Both the position numbers and the translations under genes were made by a program. Below the pieces are notes generated by a model. The model did not search any database and was not told the DNA's origin. It saw only the letters and a program-made list of their open reading frames with translations. A stretch of 64,000 nt of DNA from an uncultured Actinomycetota bacterium (GTDB lineage Bacteria > Actinomycetota > Actinomycetes > Streptosporangiales > Streptosporangiaceae), in assembly GCA_963819285.1 (NCBI GenBank), contig CAWFVM010000001.1, positions 439,182 to 503,181 of the forward strand. The letters run 5' to 3'. Within the stretch, counting starts at the first letter, position 1; each line of letters begins with the position of its first letter. Shown one piece after another: positions 36,059 to 44,673 of this stretch.

Positions 36059-36505
36059 GTGACACCGGAGGAGCTCGTCAATCTCGCGCACCTGCGCCGT
36101 GCTCGCGATCTGATGGACCGCGAGTACGCGAGCCCGCTCGACCTCGCGGCGGTGGCCAGGGTGGCGCTGATGTCGACCGGGCACTTCTCGCGGCAGTTCC
36201 GCGCGACGTATGGCGAGACGCCGTACGGCTACCTGATGACCCGGCGCATCGAGCGGGCGATGGCGCTGCTGCGTCTGGGCGAGCTGACGGTTACCGAGGT
36301 CTGCATGGCGGTCGGGTGCACTTCGCTTGGCTCGTTCAGCGCTCGCTTCACTCAGCTTGTCGGCGAGACGCCGACGGCTTACCGGGCCCGTGACCACGGC
36401 GGGCTCGCGAATGTGCCGGGCTGCGTGGCCAGGAACCTGACCCGGCCGAGCCGCAGGCCGATCAGGGCCGGAGCAGCCGCGCGGGGCGCTGGCTCGCTAG
36501 CGTAG
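36059..36505 (+). CDS. AraC-family HTH regulator (short form)
   Basis: GTG 36059. LAAVARVALMSTGHFSRQFRATYGETPYGYLMTRRIERAMALLRLGELTVTEVCMAVGCTSLGSFSARF is the double-HTH AraC signature. Followed by a VOC gene. Confidence 0.75.
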   Translation: MTPEELVNLAHLRRARDLMDREYASPLDLAAVARVALMSTGHFSRQFRATYGETPYGYLMTRRIERAMALLRLGELTVTEVCMAVGCTSLGSFSARFTQLVGETPTAYRARDHGGLANVPGCVARNLTRPSRRPIRAGAAARGAGSLA

Positions 36506-36510
36506 CTGGC

Positions 36511-36918
36511 ATGGATCTCACTCTTGCCCGCTGTTTCCTTCAAATCCATGACCCCGACCTCGCGCTGGCCTTCTACCGTGACGTGCTCGGCCTTGAGTTG
36601 CGCAACGACGTGGCCAACGAGGGCTTCAGGTGGGTCACGGTCGGTGCCGCCTCCCAGCCTGGCGTCTCGATTGTCCTGACGAACTTCCAGTGCGGCAGCC
36701 CGGCCGACGGCGACACCATCGCCGCGCTGGTCGCCAAGGGCGCCCTGAACGGCGTTCACTTCAGCACCGACGATCTGGATGCCACCTTCGAGAAGATCCG
36801 GGCGTCTGGCGCGGACGTCGTGCAGGAGCCGGTCGAGCAGCCGTGGGGCACGCGAGACTGTGCCGTACGTGACCCGTCAGGCAATCTGGTCCGCATCGAT
36901 CAGCCGCCCGCCGGGTGA
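36511..36918 (+). CDS. VOC/glyoxalase family protein
   Basis: 135 aa. IHDPDLALAFYRDVLGLEL...QPWGTRDCAVRDPSGNLVRI. Confidence 0.85.
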   Translation: MDLTLARCFLQIHDPDLALAFYRDVLGLELRNDVANEGFRWVTVGAASQPGVSIVLTNFQCGSPADGDTIAALVAKGALNGVHFSTDDLDATFEKIRASGADVVQEPVEQPWGTRDCAVRDPSGNLVRIDQPPAG

Positions 36919-37086
36919 GCAGCGCCGAACGCCGCCATAACCGCTGAAACTAGTCGAGATGCGATGCCGAGTGACTATCGGCGTTCATGATCGCATGGCC
37001 GGAGAAATGTTGGTTGCCGGATCGGGATCTATCGGGCGATAATTGAGAATTGATCGCGCTTCTGGGGGCAGAACCGCAGATCGAGC

Positions 37087-38166
37087 ATGACCACGGATGC
37101 CCGGAAAGGACCCATGATGGCGCTGCATGACTTCGAGGTTTTCGGGACCGCGCTCGCGACGGTCCCGCCCGATGGTGACGCGCTTCGCGTTGTCACCGAA
37201 TTCGCCCAGCGGGCGGAGCGCCACGCGATGGACGGGCTGCTCGCGTTCTACAACCATTATGATCTTGATCCGTGGACCACGGCCGCTACGATCCTGCAGC
37301 ACACTAAGGCTTTAACTCCGCTGGTGGCCGTGCAGCCTTACTCGGTGCCCCCGTTCACGGCGGCCAAGCTGCTGTACTCGCTGACCAGGCTGCATCATCG
37401 CCGGATCGACATCAACCTGATCACGGGCGCGACGCCGCAGGACCTCGCCCAGGTCGGCGATTCACTTGATCACGACGAGCGCTATGAGCGGGCGACTGAG
37501 TACCACACAGTACTCAGCAGGCTGCTCTCCTCGGACGAGCCACTTGTCCATGAAGGCCGTTTCTACCAGTACAAAGGGCTGTACATGTTCTCGCGGCTCG
37601 CCCCTGACCTCCGGCCGCGGACCTTCGTGGCCGGCTCGTCCCCGGCCGGGCGGAAGATGGCCGCCGCCGTGGCCGACATCGCGATCACGCACCCTGAGCC
37701 GGTTGACCAGTTCGCCGAGACGTTCCTGGGCGCGGACCGGGAAGACACCAGGATCGGGATCCGGATCGGGCTGATTGCCAGGGACACCGACGAGGAGGCG
37801 TGGTCGGTCGCGCGGGCGCTCTATCCCGAAGACCGCCGGGCGAGGCTGAAGACCGCGATGCGCAAGAAGTCGCCGTCCGACTGGAATCGCCGCCTCGCTG
37901 AGCTGGCGACCGACGAAGGCGTCTATGACGAGGTCTATTTCACCGGTGCCTTCCGGGCGGACAAAGGCAACATGCCGGTCCTTGTCGGCTCCTATCGGCA
38001 GGTGGCCGACTATCTGGAGCGCTATCTCAAGCTAGGCGTGAGCGCGGTCATCCTCGCCGGCGTGACCTCCGATGAGGACTTCGAGCACGCCAACGTGGTC
38101 CTGTCCGACCTGCGGAGCCGAGAGTTACAGATCCCGGCTGAATGCTGGGTCAGCGGGACCCGGTGA
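37087..38166 (+). CDS. LLM-class (luciferase-like) flavin-dependent oxidoreductase
   Basis: 359 aa. ...VAVQPYSVPPFTAAKLLYSLTRLHHRRIDINLITG...ERYERATEY..., a TIM-barrel LLM pattern. The start may be a few codons downstream. Confidence 0.8.
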   Translation: MTTDARKGPMMALHDFEVFGTALATVPPDGDALRVVTEFAQRAERHAMDGLLAFYNHYDLDPWTTAATILQHTKALTPLVAVQPYSVPPFTAAKLLYSLTRLHHRRIDINLITGATPQDLAQVGDSLDHDERYERATEYHTVLSRLLSSDEPLVHEGRFYQYKGLYMFSRLAPDLRPRTFVAGSSPAGRKMAAAVADIAITHPEPVDQFAETFLGADREDTRIGIRIGLIARDTDEEAWSVARALYPEDRRARLKTAMRKKSPSDWNRRLAELATDEGVYDEVYFTGAFRADKGNMPVLVGSYRQVADYLERYLKLGVSAVILAGVTSDEDFEHANVVLSDLRSRELQIPAECWVSGTR

Positions 38167-39094
38167 GGGCTGCGCGCAGCGATCCGGCGGCGGGACGCTG
38201 CGCGCTGCGCCGGGGGGCCGCCTTGGCCAGGGCCTGACCAGGGTCGGTACTCCCGCCGACCTGGCTGAGCTGCTCGGTGAGGGCGGTCATCCGCTCGGTC
38301 AGCAGCCTGCGCTGCTCGGCTGGCGCCAGCGTGTGGAATCCGTACGGCAGTGCCTCGCGGAAGGGTTCCTCGCCTAGCGCGGAGTTCACCAGGGGCCGGA
38401 GTACCGAGGCCCAGGTGGGCGGGTTCATTCCGAGGGAAAGATGCACGGAGGCATGCGCCGTGGCGACCCCGCTGTGGACGAATCCGCGTGGGACGTAGAG
38501 GCACTCCCCGGCTTTTAGTTCCACTTCCAGAACGGTTCGCGTCCGCACGTCGGTAGTCGCCGACCATCCGCCGGCCGGCCACCGCAGGACGGGATCGCCG
38601 ACTCGCCAGATCTTGCTGCCGTCAAGCTGCCTGATGAAAACGCTCGCCGTGTCATAGTGCGGATCCACTCCCCTGGCATCGGCGGGGGTCAGGAAGGCAG
38701 CACAGTAGGTGGAGTAGCCGCTCTGCTCGGTCAGCGAGCTGGTGAGGTCAGCGAGCGGGCGGCAGTAGGTCTGCAGTTCCTCCACCAGGAGCGTCGCCCC
38801 GGCGGCCACCTCGCTGAGCACGGCGGCCGGGTCGGTCAGCCGATCCCGCTTGGCCGCTCCGCGCTCCACCGGCCGGCCGAGTCCGTCGGCCGGGATCGTG
38901 CCGCCATCGCGGAACAGCCGGACGCACGGCAGCGGCAGCGTGCCGGACAGCAGCAGGGCTTCCACGGTCTCCAGCGAGAAGACGCTGTTGAGATCGCTGG
39001 GCGGGGTGCTGACGAAGGGCGCCCGCTCCCAGTTATCGAGCAGTTCCCGCACATCGCCGACCAGGTAGGGTAACGCGCTCGCGCGGTCGGCCAA
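38150..39094 (-). CDS. JmjC/cupin_4-like oxygenase domain protein
   Basis: 314 aa. ...GVDPHYDTASVFIRQLDGSKIWRV...GECLYVPRGFVHSG...SVHLSLG follows the HxD...H cupin pattern. Confidence 0.7.
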   Translation of the reverse strand: MADRASALPYLVGDVRELLDNWERAPFVSTPPSDLNSVFSLETVEALLLSGTLPLPCVRLFRDGGTIPADGLGRPVERGAAKRDRLTDPAAVLSEVAAGATLLVEELQTYCRPLADLTSSLTEQSGYSTYCAAFLTPADARGVDPHYDTASVFIRQLDGSKIWRVGDPVLRWPAGGWSATTDVRTRTVLEVELKAGECLYVPRGFVHSGVATAHASVHLSLGMNPPTWASVLRPLVNSALGEEPFREALPYGFHTLAPAEQRRLLTERMTALTEQLSQVGGSTDPGQALAKAAPRRSAQRPAAGSLRAALTGSR

Positions 39095-39203
39095 TGTGCT
39101 GCTCCTCGTCGAAGGCGCTGCTTGCTGGAAGTATCCGGCGCGTCAGAATGGCTGTCAAGGCGAGCTATCGCGACGTAAGGACTGGAGCTGGCGGGAGTTC
39201 ACC

Positions 39204-39878
39204 ATGCTGATCACAGGGTCGCGATACGACGGTCACGCCGACTGGTACGACGACTGGAACAGGCCGAACGCCGAGCGCAACGCACCCGAGCTGAGGGACC
39301 TGCTTGGCCCTGGTCAGGGACTGTGCCTGGACCTGGGCTGCGGCAGCGGGCTCTACCTGGACGTTCTCGCCGCCACCGGGCGGACGGTCGTGGGCCTGGA
39401 CCTGTCGGCCGACCAGCTGCGGATAGCTCGGAGCCGGTCCCGCCAGATCGTGCGGGGGAACGCGGTCGAGCTGCCGTTCGCTGACGCCACCTTCCCGACC
39501 GTGGTCACCTTGTGGACCTCGACCGATGTCGACGACTTCGCCGCCGTGGTGGCGGAGGCGGCGAGGGTGCTGACGCCGGGCGGGCTGCTGGTCTTCTGCG
39601 GCGCCCATCCCTGCTTCAACGGCCCGCACAGCGAGTGGCTGGAGGATGGCGGCGTTCTCGCCCATCCCACCTACCGGCAGGTCGGCTGGCATCAGGAAGC
39701 TCCGTGGTGGGGAGCGTTCGTCCGCAGGCGAGTAGGCATGTGCCACCGGCCGCTGGCCGAGTTCATCAACGCTTTCATCAGTGCGGGGCTGATGATCGAG
39801 CGGCTATCCGAGCTAGGTGACCGGCCGGTTCCCACCAGCCTCGCCATCCGCGCCAGCAAGCCGCCCGCAAGCCGATGA
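39204..39878 (+). CDS. class I SAM-dependent methyltransferase
   Basis: Start moved to ATG 39204. LCLDLGCGSGLYLDVLAATGRTVVGLDLSADQL is motif I; LTPGGLLVFCG is also present. Confidence 0.8.
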   Translation: MLITGSRYDGHADWYDDWNRPNAERNAPELRDLLGPGQGLCLDLGCGSGLYLDVLAATGRTVVGLDLSADQLRIARSRSRQIVRGNAVELPFADATFPTVVTLWTSTDVDDFAAVVAEAARVLTPGGLLVFCGAHPCFNGPHSEWLEDGGVLAHPTYRQVGWHQEAPWWGAFVRRRVGMCHRPLAEFINAFISAGLMIERLSELGDRPVPTSLAIRASKPPASR

Positions 39879-39986
39879 CGTGAGGCCAGTGCGACCTCTG
39901 GTGTAGGCACTACGCCAGAAGTCGCGCGATCCAGGGGCACGGGTGGGGCCTTCCGGCGGACGATTTCTCGTGCCGGGCTCCGTAGC

Positions 39987-40931
39987 GTGACGATCATGAT
40001 CGAAGCACACGGACTGACGAAGCGGTATGGCAGCAAGACCGCCGTCAATGACCTCAGTTTTACCGTCAGGCCAGGAGTGGTGACCGGATTCCTCGGCCCC
40101 AACGGCGCGGGCAAGTCCACCACGATCCGGCTGATCCTGGGGCTGGACGCGCCCACCGCGGGCAGCGTCATCGTCAATGGCCGCCGGTACGCCGACCAGC
40201 TGGCCCCGCTGCGGGAAGTGGGCGCGCTCCTGGAAGCGCGGGCCGTGCACAGCGGCCGTTCCGCCCGCGACCACCTGCTGGCGCTGGCCGCCACTACCGG
40301 CATCCCGCGCCGGCGGGTGGATGAGGTCCTGGGCCTGGCCGGGCTGAGCGAGGTCGCGGGGAAGCGGGCCGGCACGCTATCGCTGGGAATGGGCCAGCGG
40401 CTCGGCATAGCGGCGGCGCTGCTTGGCGACCCGGACACGCTGATTCTCGATGAGCCGGTCAACGGACTGGATCCGGAGGGGATCTTGTGGATCCGCAACC
40501 TGCTCAAGGCCATGGCGGCCCAGGGACGGACGGTGTTCCTGTCGTCGCACCTGATGAGCGAGATGGCGCTGACCGCCGATCAGGTGATCATCGTCGGACG
40601 GGGACGGCTGATCGCGGATGTCTCGGTAGCCGACCTCACCGGCCGGGCCAGGCTTGGAGTCCGGGTGCGCTCGCCCGAGGCCGCCCGGCTCCGCGGGGTG
40701 CTGGCCGGACCGGAGGTCACGATCACGTCGGAGCAGGCAGGCGTGCTTGACATCGACGGGCTGGATAGCGAGACCGTCGGCCTCGCCGCGCGGGACCACG
40801 GCATCGCACTGTACGAGCTGACCGCGCGCACCGCCTCGCTGGAAGAGGCATTCATGGACCTGACCCGTGACGAGGTCGAGTACCGGGCCACCGCGACCGC
40901 TGCGGCGGGAGACGAGAGAAGGACAGCGTGA
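39987..40931 (+). CDS. ABC transporter ATP-binding protein (ABC-2/DrrA-like)
   Basis: Walker A GPNGAGKST, signature LSLGMGQRL, Walker B LILDEPVNGLD. Confidence 0.9.
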   Translation: MTIMIEAHGLTKRYGSKTAVNDLSFTVRPGVVTGFLGPNGAGKSTTIRLILGLDAPTAGSVIVNGRRYADQLAPLREVGALLEARAVHSGRSARDHLLALAATTGIPRRRVDEVLGLAGLSEVAGKRAGTLSLGMGQRLGIAAALLGDPDTLILDEPVNGLDPEGILWIRNLLKAMAAQGRTVFLSSHLMSEMALTADQVIIVGRGRLIADVSVADLTGRARLGVRVRSPEAARLRGVLAGPEVTITSEQAGVLDIDGLDSETVGLAARDHGIALYELTARTASLEEAFMDLTRDEVEYRATATAAAGDERRTA

Positions 40932-41725
40932 TGACTGTGATCAGGGTCACCCAGGCTCGGGTGGCTTATTCCGAGTGGATCAAGCTGCGCTCGCTGCGGT
41001 CCACCGCGTGGACCCTGAGCGTCACTGCCGTCCTGACGGTGGGCATCGGCGCCCTGCTCAGCGGCGTTGTCCGGGAGCACCTGGAGCGCAGCGGCAGCGC
41101 GCATCCGCACGTGGGCGTCGGCGCGGTCACGCTCAGCCTGTTCGGCGTCTACCTCGCGCAGCTCACGATCGGGCTGCTCGGCGTCCTGGTCGCGACCGGG
41201 GAGTACACGACCGGCATGATCCGGGCCACGCTGACAGCCGTTCCGCGCAGGCTGACCGTCCTGTGGGCCAAGCTCGGCGTCTTCGCGCTGGTCGTGGCGG
41301 TGACCTCGATCGCCTTGCTGCTGGTCACCTTCCTGGCGGGTCAGGCGATCTTGTCAGGCGCGCACGCCGGAGTCTCGCTAGCTGACCCCGGCGTCCTGCG
41401 GGCAGTGACCGGCACCGGCCTGTACCTCACGGTCGTGGGCCTGCTCGGCATCGCGCTCGGCTTCGCGATCCGCAACACCACGGCCGCGACCGCCATCATC
41501 TTCATCGTCTTGCTCGTAGTGCCCGAGATCCTGGGTGCCGCCCTGCCAGCGAGCGTGGCGCCCAGCATCCTGCCTTACCTGCCGAGCAACGCCGGCCAGG
41601 CGATCATGGTCCTCGGGCCCGCGCCGGAGACCCTTGCCCCCTGGACCGGCCTCGGCCTCTTCACCGCCTACACAGCCGCGGCGGTCGCGGCGGCGGCGAT
41701 TCTCCTGAAGCGGCGCGACGCGTGA
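40928..41725 (+). CDS. ABC-2 type transporter permease
   Basis: 265 aa with 6 hydrophobic segments. Overlaps the ATPase stop by 4 nt (ATGA). Confidence 0.8.
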   Translation: MMTVIRVTQARVAYSEWIKLRSLRSTAWTLSVTAVLTVGIGALLSGVVREHLERSGSAHPHVGVGAVTLSLFGVYLAQLTIGLLGVLVATGEYTTGMIRATLTAVPRRLTVLWAKLGVFALVVAVTSIALLLVTFLAGQAILSGAHAGVSLADPGVLRAVTGTGLYLTVVGLLGIALGFAIRNTTAATAIIFIVLLVVPEILGAALPASVAPSILPYLPSNAGQAIMVLGPAPETLAPWTGLGLFTAYTAAAVAAAAILLKRRDA

Positions 41726-41765
41726 GCCGGTGTCGCCGCGCGCGGATCCAGTTAGCCTCGACACG

Positions 41766-43025
41766 ATGACGACACAGCAGCCAGCCACGGCCGCGCGCGC
41801 GGATCACGGTCCGGCGCGCGGCCTGCTGGCCCTGCGCGCCACGCGGGACAGGTATCTGCTCTGGATCCGCGGGCACTCACTGCTCGCGGACGCGCTCCTC
41901 GCGGCAGTGATCGTGGCCCTGTCGGTGCCCCCGGTCAGCGCTTTCCAGGGCGGCAGCCGGCCCCTGTCACTGGCACTCACCCTCGCGGTGGCCGCCCCGC
42001 TGGTGTGGCGGCGCCGGGCGCCCCTCCTGGTCTTCCTGATCATCACCGGGGTGGCGCTCGTGCAGTGGTACGCGAACCAGGCACTGACCGACGACCTGGC
42101 CCTGCTTGTGGCGTTCTATACGATCGCCGCTTATCAGCAGCGTCGTCACGTCCTCGCTGCCGTCGTGCTCCTGGAAGCCGGTGCCGTGCTGGTCGCCTGG
42201 CCCGGTCATCACCCGCTGTGGCTGCTCGCGATCTTGTCCAGCCTGATCGCCGCCGCCGGGTTCCTCGGCTTCTACGTGCGCACCAGGCGGGCGTATCTCG
42301 CGTCGCTGGTCGACCGCGCCGAACGGCTGGAGCGTGAGCGGGACCAGCAGGCGCAGCTCGCGGCCGCCTCCGAGCGGGCCAGGATCGCGCGGGAACTCCA
42401 TGACATCGTCGCGCACAACATCGCCGTGATGATCGCGCTGGCCGACGGCGCCGCCGTGACGGCCGCCAGTGACCTGGCTCAGGCGGTGACTCTTATGGGC
42501 GAGGTTTCGGCCACCGGGCGATCCGCGCTCACCGAGATGCGCCGGCTGCTCGGCGTGCTGCGCGAGCCGGCCGAGCCGGGACATTCGCCCCAGCCCACCC
42601 TGGCCGACCTGGACAGCCTGCTCGCGGCTGTCCGCGCCGTCGGCCTGCCCGCGCGGCTGAATGTGTCCGGGCAGCCGTTCCCGCTGCCGCCGACCGCTCA
42701 GCTCGCGCTGTACCGGATGATCCAGGAGGCGCTGACCAATACTCTCAAGCACGCGCCAGGCGCGACCGCCGAGGTGAGCCTGACCTACCGGCCTGGGGAG
42801 ATCGGGCTCGAGGTGACCGACAACGGCCAGCAAGGCGGCCAGCTAGATGGCCAGCCGGAAGACGAGCCAGACGGCGCCCGGCTGCTCGCGACTGGCGCCG
42901 GCGGGCACGGCCTGGCCGGCATGCGAGAGCGGGCAGCGGTGTTCGGCGGGCAGGTGTCCGCCGGGCCGCGTCCGGATGGCGGCTGGCGCGTGCACACGGT
43001 GCTGCGCGCCGGGACGGAGAGGCGC
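41766..43025 (+). CDS. sensor histidine kinase (HisKA_3/DesK-LiaS type), with no stop codon before the response-regulator frame
   Basis: TM-rich N-terminus. H-box ERARIARELHDIVAHN. HATPase motifs LYRMIQEALTNTLKHAP and GGHGLAGMRERAAVFGG. Part of the single track ORF 41730..43727. Confidence 0.85.
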
Positions 43026-43727
43026 GTGACAACCTCTATTCTGCTGGCCGACGATCAGCCGATGCTGCGCCTGGGCTTCCGGCTGGTCCTTGACGCTCAG
43101 GACGACCTGCGGGTCGTCGGCGAAGCGGGCGACGGCGCCGATGCCGTGCGCCTGGCCGCGACTCTGCGCCCCGACGTGGTGCTGATGGACGTGCGGATGC
43201 CCGGCATGGACGGCATCGAGGCCACCAGGCGCATCACGGCGTCGCAGAGCACCACCCGAGTGCTCATCCTGACCACCTTCGACCTGGACGAATACGCCTA
43301 TGCCGGGCTGCGGGCTGGCGCGAGCGGCTTCCTGCTCAAGGATGTACCGCCACCTGACCTGCTGTCCGCGATCCGCGCGGTCGCCAGCGGCGACGCCGTC
43401 GTCGCTCCGAGCGTCACCCGCCGGCTGCTCGACGCCTTCCTGCCGCACCTGCCTGACCCCGGCAGTGCCGCCGGGATCGCCGCGCGGCCCGAGCCGCCTG
43501 AGCTTGCCGGGCTGACCTCCAGGGAACGCGAGATCCTGGCCGAGGTAGCCGCCGGACGATCCAATGCCGAGATCGCGGCTCGCCTCGTCCTGGCCGAGGC
43601 CACCGTCAAGACCCACGTCGGCCGGATGCTGAACAAGCTGCACCTGCGCGACCGGGTCCAGGCTGTCGTGTACGCGTACGAGCACGGCCTGGCCGGCCCC
43701 GGCCCCGGTCCGCGCTTATGCGGGTGA
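43026..43727 (+). CDS. NarL/LuxR-family response regulator (in frame with the upstream kinase)
   Basis: GTG 43026. ILLADDQPMLRLGF...VVLMDVRMPGMDGIEATR...LILTTFD... is the REC domain. LTSREREILAEVAAGRSNAEIAARLVLAEATVKTHVGRMLNKL is the LuxR HTH. Confidence 0.85.
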   Translation: MTTSILLADDQPMLRLGFRLVLDAQDDLRVVGEAGDGADAVRLAATLRPDVVLMDVRMPGMDGIEATRRITASQSTTRVLILTTFDLDEYAYAGLRAGASGFLLKDVPPPDLLSAIRAVASGDAVVAPSVTRRLLDAFLPHLPDPGSAAGIAARPEPPELAGLTSREREILAEVAAGRSNAEIAARLVLAEATVKTHVGRMLNKLHLRDRVQAVVYAYEHGLAGPGPGPRLCG

Positions 43728-43741
43728 CAACCCCGGCTTGC

Positions 43742-44128
43742 TCACCCCCAGCCCGTGAAGGTCGCGGTGCTCGTCACGCAGAACTCATTTCCCTCCGGGT
43801 CAAGCAGCACCGCCCACCGGTCCGGGTTGCTCAGCGAAGGCGGGTCCTCCCGGACGTCAACTAGCTCCGCCCCCGCCGCGACCAGGCGCGAGACCTCAGC
43901 GTCCATGGATTCGCCGGTCAGCAGGTCCAGATGCAGCCGGTTCTTGCTGGCCTTGGGTTCAGGCACCTTCATGAAATACAGCGATCCGCCGCCGGTCACC
44001 GGGTCCCTGACCTGGAACTCGTCCGGGTTACGCTCACTGACCTCAGATACAAGTACCCGGGCCCAGAATTCGGCTTCCGCGCGCGGATCATGACAATCAA
44101 AAATAACAGCCAGTATCGAAACGGACAT
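43742..44128 (-). CDS. VOC/glyoxalase-like domain protein
   Basis: MSVSILAVIFDCHDPRAEAEFWARVL...KNRLHLDL...VLLDPEGNEFCV. Confidence 0.75.
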   Translation of the reverse strand: MSVSILAVIFDCHDPRAEAEFWARVLVSEVSERNPDEFQVRDPVTGGGSLYFMKVPEPKASKNRLHLDLLTGESMDAEVSRLVAAGAELVDVREDPPSLSNPDRWAVLLDPEGNEFCVTSTATFTGWG

Positions 44129-44249
44129 ATGTACCACCTCATCCCGGCACGCGAGCGTGTGTGCGTACCGGATACCCGAATCCCAAGCGTCCGACCCGGT
44201 CTAGCCGCCGCATATTCCGGGGCAAACGCCGCAAAACCAGCAAGGCCAG

Positions 44250-44640
44250 CACAACGTCGATGTGGCAGAGCTGTTGCAGGGACAAACACCGATATGCCGC
44301 GGGGGCCGGGACCCCGCGCAACCTTCCGTGATCATGAAGCAAGCCTTGATCACGGAACGTCAGCGGCATGATCACCCCGCCGGCTTTCCGTGATCAAGAC
44401 CACGTCCATGATCACGGAACCTCGGTGGAGTGGGGGGTGAACCCAGGCGGCGGTAGCGGTGCCGCAGGGGCAGGCCGGAGCCGGTTTCTGGCAGCAGCGA
44501 AAGGTCGGCGCCGCCGGCCCCGCAGCTCAGGCAGCAGCTGGGGCACCCTGCTGTCTCGGGAACAGCAGCGGGGGACCCCAGCTGCGAGCTGACGCACCGC
44601 GCCGCACTCACCCCGAACCCGGCATTCCCGGCAAACCCGT
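44250..44640. repeat. mosaic repeat cluster, locus D (H3 remnant, H1 x2, H4)
   Basis: H3 remnant at 44256-44300. H1 hairpins at 44324-44357 and 44386-44419, joined by the linker ATGATCACCCC. H4 hairpin CAGCTGGGGCACCCTGCTG-N9-CAGCAGCGGGGGACCCCAGCTG at 44535-44584, followed by CCGGCATTCCCGGCAAAC. Confidence 0.85.
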
Positions 44641-44673
44641 CGGGCTGGGCTGGTTAGAGCAGGGCTGGGCTGG

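Noticed and set aside
39692-40513. ORF 39692..40513(-) 273 aa
   Set aside because: It is antisense to the ABC ATPase gene, which has unambiguous Walker motifs. Its composition is Ser/Arg/Pro-rich.
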